Source of the DNA: Marsupella aquatica | Lineage: Eukaryota; Plantae; Marchantiophyta | NCBI GenBank assembly: GCA_973895155.1 | Contig: OZ316894.1 | Location: forward strand, 13,385,480-13,449,479 | DNA length: 64,000 nucleotides | Reading direction: 5' to 3' | Shown: piece by piece, positions 12,461-23,500 of the stretch | Layout: every line of letters starts with the position of its first letter | How positions within the stretch are numbered: position 1 is the stretch's first letter | Position numbers and translations under genes: made by a program | The notes under the pieces: model-generated | Seen by the model: only the letters and a program-made list of their open reading frames with translations | The model's database searches: none | What the model was told of the DNA's origin: nothing

Positions 12461-15400
12461 ATGGAGTCTTACGGAGATTTTGCGATGGAGGACGGGGGCG
12501 AGGGAGTTCTGTCCATGGATGCTGTGATCAAGAAATATGCAATGTTGTTTGGAGTTGATTTCAGAGGGGAGAAGAAAGAGCCGCCGCATATCCCTCTTTG
12601 TCGGCTTGTTCACATGGAAATCGTTCGGACTCTACAGAAAAATAGTGCATCTATCGATAAGCTCAAGGATTTGTTTCGGAGCTTTGGGTACAACTCTTCA
12701 ATTGGGATGCGGTTTTACGTTCAGCCCACGGATTCAGAAGGAGTCGTTCAATTCTGCACGCCTGAAATTTGGGAGACCTGGGATGCTGTTTGGGTTGCCC
12801 ATAATGACTTGTTTGAAGCAAAATGTGCTACTGATCCAGATTTCCACATTCTGAAGGATAAGATGTTCTGTGTTCTATGTTCTATGTCTGGGAATCATTG
12901 ACTCTACTCGTGGACCCAAGTAACAAATGAGAATCCAAACAATATCAAGTACCATCTACGTGTTCAATGCACTGTTTTTAAGGGAGATCGAGGTTCTCTA
13001 GTTGAGCTTGAAGTGGCTATGCACACGGTGAACCAGTAAGTATTCCTCAAGTTGCATAAACGCTATTGAATTTGGTCGATTGCGCTTGATTTTTGCAAGG
13101 TTAGTTAGCGCCAGGCGCTAATATTTGCCATTATATCTTACAGGTTAGGGCAAGCTGTGGTGGAACCATTGTGGATTCTCGATGCCGATAGAATCAATCG
13201 GATTTTAACTCATGACTTGGAGGCCTACAAGCCGATCATCGACCCCGGCAGCTTCAAGCGATTCCAAACTGTTCGTGCCAAGACAAGAAAGGGGTCTTGG
13301 TATACCAAGCAGATGCCATTGGAAGCATTGGTTTACATCTTGTGTGAAAACAAGATTAAGTCGTATTCACTTCAATTTAAGCTTGACTTGGCTGCTGCAA
13401 CAAGTGAAGGTCGCCCGTGGTCATCTGAAGAGACTGGTAAGCGGTATGCTACCATGATGAAGGAGGCAACGAAGGAGTAGAGCACAAAGACATCCAAGAT
13501 TACCCCCCTTATAAGCCCAGAGTTTGGTGATTTTCTGTCAACTTGTGCAGAAATGTACATTCTTACGGAGAGGAACAAACGAGAAAAGAAGCCGGACTCT
13601 GTAGTTTGTACAATGGACCGCGCGCGTCTGTTCACTACTGTCTCCTACTTGGATCCACAACTGCACTGTACTCTTCTTGTCGCTCACTGTACACCCAAGC
13701 TCAAAAAACAATTTTACCATCCCCCAAGTGTGAATGATGACCCTATTAAACAGTGGTGTCATACATGGCACATGTGGAGTTTGGTGGAAGGAATTGCAAT
13801 TGCAATGTTATAGACATCTCTTTTGCAAGTCCAGTCGATCCTACCTGCTGATTGTCTAACGCTAGGAGGAGTGGAGACGTTTGAAGCTTTGGTCTTGAAC
13901 ATCACCAATGATTTCAAGACATACGGTGAAACAGTGAAGGCAAAGTTTTTTAGCACAATTTGGCAGTCCAAGTACGGAGACAAGGAAGACTATACAATTC
14001 GCAACCAGAAGCGAGCCAAGAGATATCTGTATCGCTTCTACATGGTGATGGAGACCAGTTCTCCAGATTATTTTTGGGCTTACCCTCCTGCATTCCAGAA
14101 ATGGTCCGTTCTAGAGGGGGATGCTTTTAGCGAAGTTTATTCAATGTACCCTGCCAAAGGGGATGTTCCACCACGTGACATTTCATTGTGGGAGATAACC
14201 CACTGTCCATGGTATCTTGACACAGATTAGTGGGACACCCCTTTCGATGAAGCTGAAAAGGATGCATTTCTGAAATTATCAAAGTCTTTAGTGCCTCAGA
14301 AAGTTCTCTCTGAAATGAAACAAGGTTTATCGGAAGATGTAGATGCCTCGGCAAGCGAGCTGTAGAAACATTGCGAAACAGAAGTTTTGCATGTAGACAG
14401 GAGTCAAAAACCCCGGGCGAAAGCAAAAGTAGACACTGGAGTAACCAGCCCATCAACGAGATCCGGGAAGAAACGTGAGATTCTTCTATTTTCCATTGGC
14501 ACTATGTATTCTCTCTCCACCAGCTTGATTATGTCAGTGACTTTTGATGAGCGCTGCAGATCAAGTTGTCTATTTATCAGTTAGCGCCCGACGCTGGTGT
14601 CCCTGATGAACAGACTCCTCCCAACACGGAGAAGATGGTGCGACCAGCAGATGCCACCAGCACGAAGAAAAAGAAAAAGAAATATTTGGATCATGGATTT
14701 TCCTCTCGGGATTCTATCGCTTCTACTGGTGTTCAACGAGATGTTGGACAGTTCAAGTCTAAGACTTCTAGGCATGTTTTTGTTGAGTCCAGCGTAATGG
14801 ACTTCTTTGAGAATGGTGTCAAATGTGGAGAAGTGGGTGAAAGACCTAGTCTTGCTTGGTCTAAGGGAGAAAGGAGTCATAAGAGGAGGAAAGATAAGAT
14901 CATTTGGAGTTGATGTTGGATTCATTTACCTCCCAACTGGACTGCGCCCTTCCCTTTTAGAGAAGAAGTCTCCAAAATAGAATTCCCCAGATCACAAAAT
15001 TGTTGGTTCATTCTTTCGCGCAATGGATCCCTTTCTAGCAGATGATGGTATATTGGCCATTTGGCATACCGGCGAGTATGATCAGATCTTGCAGGTCATC
15101 ACCGCGAGCCAGGAGTTCAAAAGTTTCAGTGTGTGAAAACCCTGAACGTGGTTATGGGAGTTCCAATGTACATGGCCCGAAGTGATTGTCAGGTAAATTC
15201 TCTCACTCTTTGTGTTGTCCTTTGTTAGCGCCGAGCGCTAGCTAAAAATGTTTTCATATACCCTTCGGTTAAGGGGATATTCTTTGTTAGCGCCTGGCGC
15301 TATCCAAAATTCATTGTTATGCCGCGATTGTAATGATTTTCTGGTTGGATTGTCGGCATCTTAACAAAGGATTTTGTTGGGATTTCACAGGTTTTCACAT

Positions 15401-16357
15401 TGAGATTGGATCTGTTCACTCGTGTTTCGTCAAAGGTTAAGGTTCCAAAGGACCCCAAGTTTTGACCCCTCTCTACAACTGAAGATCCTTCTATCACTAA
15501 CCTTATTGGTCTCCCGAGTGTGAGGAAGGATCCAACTCCTTCAGCAGCGTTTGCTGGCAATGGACGCTTGTCCGTTGGGTTCATGCAATCTGTGTTAGAG
15601 TTAATCACTCGGCCAGATGATATTGTCATGGACTGGACTGTGGGTTCGGGAAGTACATTTGTTGCTGGTGACTATTGTGGTCATTTTATTCTTGGTATAG
15701 AAAACCGAAAAGAGTTTGTTGAGATTGCGGAAAAGACATGGATGGAGTTATTGATTCCAAAAGATGTCAGTTCCTCATCTCCCGCTAAAGATGTGGGAAG
15801 AAAACAAAAAGATAAAGTTTGCTCTGTCTTAAATTTTGACTCTGAAGATGAAGAGGAGGGAGATGATGTTGGAGATGATGCTTCAAGAGGACAAGGAGAG
15901 GAAAATGAAGGAAACGAGAAGGAGAGGCATACGATGGAAGAAACAGAAGATTCAGATTCTTCTGAGTAATGCCCGTAAGCTACTTCACTTTACATTATGA
16001 TTCTGGAACTGTCCCATTTTCATTTTCAATTCTAATGTGGTTCCGTTCCTCTTCCAGATCGGAGTGGAATCTTCAAGAACGTTTTGATCTTCGGAGGAAA
16101 TACTCGAAAAAAGTTCTCGTTTCTCCTCAAAAGCCTTTCGTGTTGCCCTCGTATGCAGAATATGCTACACGCAAAGAAGAACAGAGGAGAACACTTACTT
16201 GGGAGAGTAAGGGCTTAAGGTTAAGGAGAGGTTCAGATAGGAAATTCATCCATCAGCCTTTACTCAACGATGGACCTAAAGCGAATTTATAGATGATGAA
16301 GCTGAGTCTACCGATAGGTCTAGCAGTAGCAAGTCCGAGTCTTCTGACTTGGAGTAG
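12461..16357 (+). pseudogene. ParB/Srx-like N-terminal domain fused to a beta-class N4/N6 (amino) DNA methyltransferase-like domain; multi-exon, with stops and frameshifts
   Basis: N-terminus HIPLCRLV..IVRTL....IDKLKDLF...GY...KMFCV..SGNH[R>stop]LYSW...AMHTVN (ParB GxxR-type motif). C-terminal part VDVGFIYLPTG...FFRAMDPFLADDG (motif IV/VI region), then FMQSVLELITRPDDIVMDWTVGSGSTFVAG...ILGIE (motif X/I-II). GT-AG introns at ~13036-13143, ~14475-14580, 15193-15390, ~15966-16058. Confidence 0.7.
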
Positions 16358-16684
16358 GTTGAGTGTGAATTTCTAAGGTTTTCTTTGGAACCTTGTACTA
16401 GCGCCCGACGCTATTAAACTGGATGTTTGGATCTGAGCCTTTAAAAGAGATAGACGCACCCGAAGTCTCTTTCCTGAGTGCATATTTGTGCAGATATCAG
16501 AAATGCATGTACTCGTATAGTTGTACGGTGAATAATTATACCTTCTGTATGTACGTATTTTTGTTTGTGGTTGATATGATTGTTTGGACTCTCTCAAAGT
16601 GTAGTGTTTGTTCAACTTCAGGTTTGTTCAACTTTGTGTTTGTTCAACCCCAAACGCATTTCTCCCTTTCATTTATGTGAGGCG

Positions 16685-16785
16685 CCGACTCACCTCTTCC
16701 CTTCGTTTCGTTTGTGCATTGCCCAGACTCACCTCATCCCTTTGTTTCATTTCTGGTCTGCCCGAACTCACCTCTTCTCTTCTCC
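16685..16785 (+). repeat. Three ~39-bp direct repeats with core ACTCACCTC
   Basis: ccgactcacctcttccc / agactcacctcatccc / gaactcacctcttctc. Confidence 0.6.
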
Positions 16786-16818
16786 TTGAGTTTGGCATCC
16801 GTTGTTTCCATCGACTCC

Positions 16819-17330
16819 ATGGATAAGGGGAAGCAAATAGTGAAATTGGAGAGCCGCAATCCGCCAACGGCAATGGTTTGGAGGTCGATTAGAGATCCGG
16901 GTTTAGATTTGACTCCGTCTTTTACGCAATGCCCAGAGACGTCGACCGAGAGGAACAGGTTGTGGCTGGCCCCGGATGAGGGTATTAGCCACAAAACTGG
17001 ACACCTTCCATCGCGTGATCCTTTGCCTCCACTTCCTTTCTGAGAGAGGTTCTCTGTTCACGACCCAGATCCTTCCAATGTGTATCGGGTGGAAAGGACA
17101 GCTTTTTTCAGAGACATCCAAGCAGACACCGGACGTGTGAGCTTTTCAGATTCGAACATCCCGAACGACCGGAGTCGGAGTCGCTATCCCGGACCTCTTT
17201 TTTTCTGGATCGAGAGGATGGGTTTCGACAGGATGAGGATAGGTCAAAGCTGGATTGGACGATGACTGCATGTCTTCTACGTCCTAGAGAATGTGGATTC
17301 CTTCCTCGACACTAGCGCCTGGCGCTAGCT
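16819..17330 (+). pseudogene. Third small ORF of the MULE, unknown function, with in-frame stops
   Basis: MDKGKQIVKLESRNPPTAMVWRSIRDPG...PLPF*ERFSVHDP...FFWIERMGFDRMRIGQSWIGR*LHVFY, one frame broken only by TGA stops. Confidence 0.4.
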
Positions 17331-17744
17331 TTCATCTCATCGTTGGAGTCGTTCATGAGTTTGATTCATGTCATCTTTTTGAACGGGGGCTCCGGTTCGG
17401 CCGAGTTAGCTTTATTGCTCCTTCTATTTTATTATTGCATTAGGTTTTTTGAGTATGTTATTAGGGTTATTTCTTTTTCTCGAAGGTTATGGACTTTTAT
17501 TACCTTCTGGATATCAATGTAATTTTTTTTTCAAGTAGTGTGTGTCGCTAGCGCCTGGCGCTACTAATATATGTTCTATTCTCCTCCACAATTATGTAAA
17601 CCCGCCTCTGTAAAATTGTGTCTTTCAACTCTCTTTTTTCTAGTGTCGTCCAAATATGCTGCAAATACTATTAGTGGTTATTTTATTGTTGAAATTGGTT
17701 GTTTCTTGTTACTGGAATCTGGTTCCTGTCAGTTGGAAACCCTC

Positions 17745-18140
17745 TGACAAAACAATCTTTAAGCTTGATCCGATGGATTTGGTCTTACCGAGCCAGCCAA
17801 TTTTGAATGTCGGAGAACTCCAGTTCATCATAGGAAGGGAGAATCTGCATGGTTTATAGGAATTTGGATCATTCGACGATACATTGAACGGACATTTTGT
17901 TAATGTTGTTTTGAACGGCAACAAACTCTTGGTTAGCGCTCGACGCTAGTAAAACTTGTCTTTCCATAATTGCTGTATAGAACTCTAAACATATTGGAGT
18001 TCCTATTGAAATTGGTCTCCTTTTTTGTCCGTAATTATGTCATCTTTTGTGTATGCTAGTACCAAATCTCCTGTTTTGTTCCTCTCTTTGTCCTGTTATG
18101 ATTGTTACTATTTTTTGTTTCCTGTCACGGGGAAAAACCT
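17745..18140 (+). repeat. Right TIR, including an inverted copy of the transposase 3' coding end
   Basis: 17745-17859 encodes FKLDPMDLVLPSQPILNVGELQFIIGRENLHGL*, versus CKLDLVDNILPSQPILTIAELRYILGRQNADGL* at the transposase end (7340-7440, minus). Confidence 0.8.
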
Positions 18141-18149
18141 CATCAGGTT

Positions 18150-18700
18150 GAAAGAGGAAGAATGGATGGCCAATTGAGCATTGTGAAGATACTAAACATT
18201 TGAAGCCCCTTTTGGAGTTCCTTATTCCAAACCTGCTCCACAAAGACCTACTAGAGTGACACTAGCGCTTGCCACTACCATTATAGTTTCATTGAAATGA
18301 AAGAGGAAGATCAATCCCAGAGCTTATAACACATTACCATTACCATTACATTACCAATTTGGCAAAGATCCTAGGAGACATAGTTATGACGTTAGTTGAG
18401 AGGCTTGTACTAGGGCAAAATCCTATGTACATTGCTCCTTACGTAGCACATTTGTATTGGAGTGAGGACTGACTCACTGCCATGAAGCAACAGGCTTTCC
18501 GGGGAGCATTTCCTTGGATTGCAATTCATTCTCCCAAGAGGAAAGTTGGGATTGAGGCCCACCTGACTGAATCACCATCTGCTGCTGAAAAGAGGTATTT
18601 GAGTTGTGACCATTCATCAACACACAAAAGGAGTTATCTGTCAATGTTAACTGTTGAACCTCCTGCAGGGATTTTGGATAATGCGCTCATTGATTGTGTA
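18150..18700 (+). pseudogene. 3' continuation of the ORF interrupted by the MULE
   Basis: KRKNGWPIEHC...LLEFLIP..PTRVTLALATTIIVSL...ILGDIVMTLVERLVLGQNPMYIAPYVAHLY; continuous with 6279-6692 once the element is removed. Confidence 0.5.
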
Positions 18701-18907
18701 ATGTCCATTTTAACTTTTGAGAGAAATGATATTTTGAGTGAGTTGGATTGCTTGAAGTTGTGTTTCAACTTATTATGTGAGTGTGACATACATAACAAAG
18801 CATGCATCCCCTACGGCTGGTCAGTTGGCATACAAGGAGGCAAAGGAAAGTCGGTCAATTCTCAGTCCTATTAATAATTGTAGACCTACCAGTGTGAGCG
18901 TCACAGG

Positions 18908-19261
18908 TGTGAATCCTACTGATTTGGGTGAGTTGGAGCCTGTTGTAGATGCGGATCCTGTGTCATCCCCACACATTGTGTAGTTGCATGAGCAACAAGG
19001 TTCTTTGGAGTTGGACACATGTGTCGAACAGGACACACCTATTGAATTGGATCTTATGGGACTGTTGTTACGCTTGACCCTATGCTTTGCTATGAATACC
19101 ACAATTCCATGTAGTTCACCAATTGCCAGTCTCCAAAACTTTATAGTCCTTGTGGTGTTAGCCATACAAGAGTAGTCATACAAGACGTGAATCCTACTCA
19201 TTTGGATGAGTTTGAGCCTGTTGTAGATGTAGATATCGTGTTCTCCCCACACATTGTATGG
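18908..19261 (+). repeat. Two ~75-bp direct repeats spaced 280 bp apart
   Basis: gtgaatcctact.atttgg.tgagtt.gagcctgttgtagatg...ccccacacattgt at 18908 and 19188. Confidence 0.7.
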
Positions 19262-19287
19262 CCAAATGAAAAAGTTTTTTTTTCAAA

Positions 19288-21365
19288 ATTTTGGTTTTTT
19301 TTGTTTTTTTCCCCACTTTTTTTTGGTCCGTACGCCCCATCTCGGCGAGGCCAGCTGAGATAGGGAAAAAAATTTCAAATTTTTTTTTCGGGAAATTTTT
19401 TGGTCTTTTTTTTGTGGATTTTTTTTTGGTCCGTACGCCCATCTCGGCAAGGTCAGCCGAGATTGAATCAACCTCGGCTGCCCAGCTGAGATGAGCGGAA
19501 GTTCGAAGGCCCCATCTCAACTCCTCAGCTGAGATTCTAAAATTTTTGAGATAACTGATATCAGTTATCAACCACTGATAACTGATGATGTTATGTATCC
19601 CATGCAAATTGGATGGCTTGCTGATCTCCCTTAGATTGACCTCCATCCAATGGCACTGAATCTCCATCGAGGTTGAATTGAGATGTAAATGAGGGGAGGG
19701 GGCTCCACAATTATAGTGGGTAATTTTGAGATAGGGAATAGTGTTTAGGAAAACAGCCGCTGACATTTGTTGAAGGGCACTTTGTTCTAAACCTGTTACA
19801 AAGAAAGGTGCAGACTAATTTGTGTACTTTGACCATGATCTGTTGTTGGCACTATTTTCTGGAGTTACTCATATTGCGATAGCCTGGATCAAACTTCCTC
19901 CTTTGTCACAGAACATACCGAGTCCATGAAATGGATGAATCCCCCACACCATGATTACAAATAACTTCATTGTACGTCATGGTGCAATTAGCCAAAAATA
20001 CAAATGACAAACTGTTGACATAATGCTACATACCATGATTACACTAAACATCTGACAAACAAAACCAGAATACTGGCACACTTTTCACGGAAGCACACAG
20101 GGTTTTGAACTGAATGAATATGGCCTTTTTTGTTTGTTTGATTGATTTGAAGTACGGAGACGCATTATTAGTATGAATGCGGTTTTTTGTGTTGTATTTC
20201 AAAGTACCTGGACATATAAACAATGGTCTTGTAACAATAATGCAATGCTTTTGGCCTCAAAGTTATCCGGGTCTGGTTTTCATTGCGCTACATAAGAATG
20301 AAGATTGAAAACATGAAGATTATTGTAGTACGTATGAATAGGCAAGTTCACATAGCTCTCAATCCAAATTGAGGGTGTGCTTATGAAGTAGATGGTTAAT
20401 GTATGGCATTTTTTCACGGTCCTTATGGCATACTTTGTGTCAAACACCTAGTCCCACTTGTGGCCTTCTTTCATTTCTGGCCAACCAATGCCCCAGTCCG
20501 TTTGGTTTTTCCTTGGCAAAGAGAAGCAATATCAATAGCTTGCACTATGCTTTTTAGAAAAGCTTCAGCCCTATGCTCCCATTGCATGGAACGGCGGTTC
20601 TCGCTAGCACTGACCACAACCTTATCATTTGAGGAATCTTTGGCAGCAACTTTGAATGTAGTTGCCTAGGCGCTGGTTTCAATTTTGGGTTGTCCAAAAC
20701 AAATTTGGTCACTTCTTGCACTTCAGACTCGAGGACACGAGCTGTAAAATTATTATCATCATTAGAGAGATGTCACACCATTATGAGTGTTATTAGAGTA
20801 TATTGTGTCATATGAGTTTATGGTTTTCATATGTGTATCATATAAGCCAATAGGGTTCAATTTACGTTTGGAGGGATAGTTATCCCTTGTGATGGCTCAA
20901 AGGCCTCATCTTTTGATGTTGAGCCTTTGAGCACAAGCTCTGGTGGCTATGGTGTGGCCGACTGGTTATGTGTATGGAGGGGAGGTCATCCATCAATTAT
21001 CAGTCACTAATATCAGTGCCCCCCCCCCCTTTTTGGCAATCTCAGAGACCTCTCTAAGATCTCAACATTTGATTATGGTGATCTCAGAGAGACTCTCTAA
21101 GATCTTGACATTTGTTTTTGGCAATTGCAACACCCTTTGAGGACTACTTGGAGAGCTCTCCAAGAACACAATGCACTTCTGGCACAATTTAAGAGAGCCT
21201 CTTTGACTTATAGCCCCATTGACAATTGAGCACCTTAGAGACATGGAGTCACTTTGTTGACCATCTTGGAGAGGCACTCCAAGATATCGAGTCACTTTGC
21301 TGACCATCTTGAATAGCCCCTCCAAGTTTTCATTCCATTTTTGAGACCATCTCCGAGATACAGGT
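19288..21365. repeat. GAGAT/ATCTC-rich repeat clusters (19288-19740 and ~20990-21365); possible subterminal repeats of an old DNA transposon
   Basis: Duplicated ttggtccgtacgccc(c)atctcggc.agg.cagc.gagat units and dense ctgagat/atctcag motifs. Termini not identified. Confidence 0.35.
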
Positions 21366-21602
21366 ACCCAAATTTGCATATTCACAAAGAATTACAACAC
21401 TAAAGACATCACATTGAATTTTCATATATATATATATTACATTGTGTACATAACAGCACTTACTTTTACATTGTTAGCTTTTCTAAAGCTAACTCCTATC
21501 AGTCACCCCTTTACTCTATTATCTGATATGTGAACAGGTTATAAATAACCTTATTTTGCAAATCCTATCTGGCTGCCATCAAAATCTATAAGAGCACCTT
21601 GC

Positions 21603-21959
21603 TTATGCGCTCTGCATAGTTAAGGATACCCGACAATTTACCTTATCTACTTGTGCTGGAAGGTCTAACACTAAAGTTCTAGGCGAGTCGAATGCTCTTA
21701 GTGAGGGCAATCCGCTTTGACCTGCTTCATCTTTGATGTACCTTGCTAGAGTATACAAGATATATTCATTTTGAGTGGTCCATAATGCTCCAACCTTCTT
21801 CTCAAGCGGATCTAGGAACAACAACTCTTTTCCATCATGTAAATGGACCACTGCCAACACCCAATGCTCCCTGTTTGCCCGGTGAATAGGGACTGATATC
21901 TTCCTTGGAAATGTTTTTTTCAATTTATTTAGATAATGACCACGAAAACCCCGTGGCAA
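21603..21959 (-). pseudogene. Ulp1-like (C48) cysteine protease fragment, probably TE-borne
   Basis: ISVPIH...EHWVLAVV (His), LFLDPL (Asp), PAQVDKVNC (Gln/Cys). Confidence 0.65.
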
Positions 21960-22129
21960 GGAAAAGCAGGAAGAATCTCACCACACCAATTCAGCAACCC
22001 CCAACCGGGAGGGCAAAGACAACAAGTGGTGAAGGCCCAATAGACCAGGCTGTCAACCCTATACTCGTGAACCACACATATCACCGAGCGAAAGCATAAC
22101 TCACTAACTACATGCCCCAATGCTTAGCA

Positions 22130-23500
22130 GAGTTCTCAGCTAGATGTAATCCAGATCTGTCGGCTGTTCAGCCAAACTATTCTTCCCGTATAAGTATCTC
22201 CTTCACTTGTAGCAATCTTGTGTGTCGCCTAGTTGGGGGCAAACACAGTCCCACCGCCAATGCATGGTCAGCCGCTTTTGAGAGAGTAAAACGAAGATCA
22301 AATGTCCTACAGCCATTGGACTGAAACATATGCACATTCCTACTCTGCCATAAGGACCAAATAATCTGATAGAAAATAAATAGCTTGGCAACTATGCTGT
22401 GGTCTTTCTTGGCTCAAGTAGCCTATCCGAGTAATCAGTAAAGGTACCTGAAAACAAGCTGCAACTAGTGACCACTTAACGTCGCTTGGCATGAGCACAT
22501 TGCACAAAAAGATGGGAAATAGTTTCTACTTCTCCACTACACAGTTTACAGTACCCCTTCTCCTTTATCAATGCGTCTGGCTCGCACACCAGTAAAGAGA
22601 CCTGAAGCCAGTATCCTCCAAATAAACGTCTTAGCATGGGAGGACAGGTTAGAGTGCCACAATCCACTCCAACCTGCATTCCATTCACCTTTTGTCTCGT
22701 GCTATCCCAAGTATGATTCAGGCTTTTGTAGTCTCTAACAGGGGGGCGAATCAGCATGTACGCCCTCAGATTAGAGATCTTGAATATATTGATAGGATCA
22801 TGCCTGTCAGCCCATCTCCAACAACGGGGACCAGTGACATAATTCATCCTGCAACCATCTATTGCACTGACCTTCCTTAAGAACTCCCTCCAACAAGCTT
22901 TCTCAAACAAAGTAAAGTCGCAAAGGTGTTCTAGTTGCTCATATAGATTGCGCCATTCATTCCGTTTGGTAGACCATAAATCCTGGATGCCTCTAATACC
23001 CAGTCGGCCACACAACACAGTAACCACTTCAATTGGTATTGGGCCAAGATTGGAAACCGATGAGAGAGCGGAGAGTGTCCATGGTATTCCACCTACCAGG
23101 CATCATATCACTGGGTGAAAAGATCAGGTGGGAACAAAGCTGAACCCACGCTTTCCATAGTCCTCTAGTATATGCGATTCCATTAAAGGACCGAGGGCTA
23201 CATAACAACATTTTATCCTGGAAGGAGTACTTATTCATGCGTATCCACTTATAATTCATCCAACCCGCTAGTTTCAGATTTTCTGCAAAGAGACATGCCC
23301 ATTCTGTATCCGGGCAATCCAAAGCCCTAGTGAACCATTTGGATAATAGAGTGTCGGAGTGGCTGCAAAAATCCTTTAGCCCGAGTCCCCCCTCCAGCCT
23401 AGGTCTGGCCATTCTAGCCCATGAAACAAGAGGGATTCTCTTGCCCCCTTCCGGAGTGTATCCCCACAAAAAGTCCCGGTGTCGTCGGGGAAAATATTTG
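22130..23500 (-). mobile_element. 5'-truncated L1-like LINE fragment (ORF2 C-terminal part, zf-RVT)
   Basis: FLWGYTPEGGKRIPLVSWARMARPRLEGGLGLKDF and CKLCSGEVETISHLFVQC; homologous to 36129-37873. Confidence 0.8.

Larger units (their letters stand above)
6882..17948. repeat. Dispersed 15-bp palindrome TAGCGCCNGGCGCTA, ~19 copies
   Basis: Starts at 6882 (degenerate), 7079, 7250, 8944, 9006, 11307, 11557, 11673, 11735, 11840, 11902, 13106, 14582, 15226, 15288, 16399, 17313, 17549, 17934. Confidence 0.95.
6693..18140. mobile_element. Mutator-like (MULE) DNA transposon carrying a ParB-MTase-like cargo gene
   Basis: 9-bp TSD CATCAGGTT at 6684-6692 and 18141-18149. Diverged TIRs (6693-~6970 vs ~17860-18140; e.g. 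tgacaggaaaca..aatagt..atcataacagga..gaacaaaacaggaga.ttggtacta.ca). Internal DDE+SWIM transposase. Confidence 0.85.

Noticed and set aside
18262-18276. tagcgcttgccacta, resembling the MULE palindrome
   Set aside because: Lies outside the TSD, has several mismatches, and sits in the host ORF (LALATT); probably chance.
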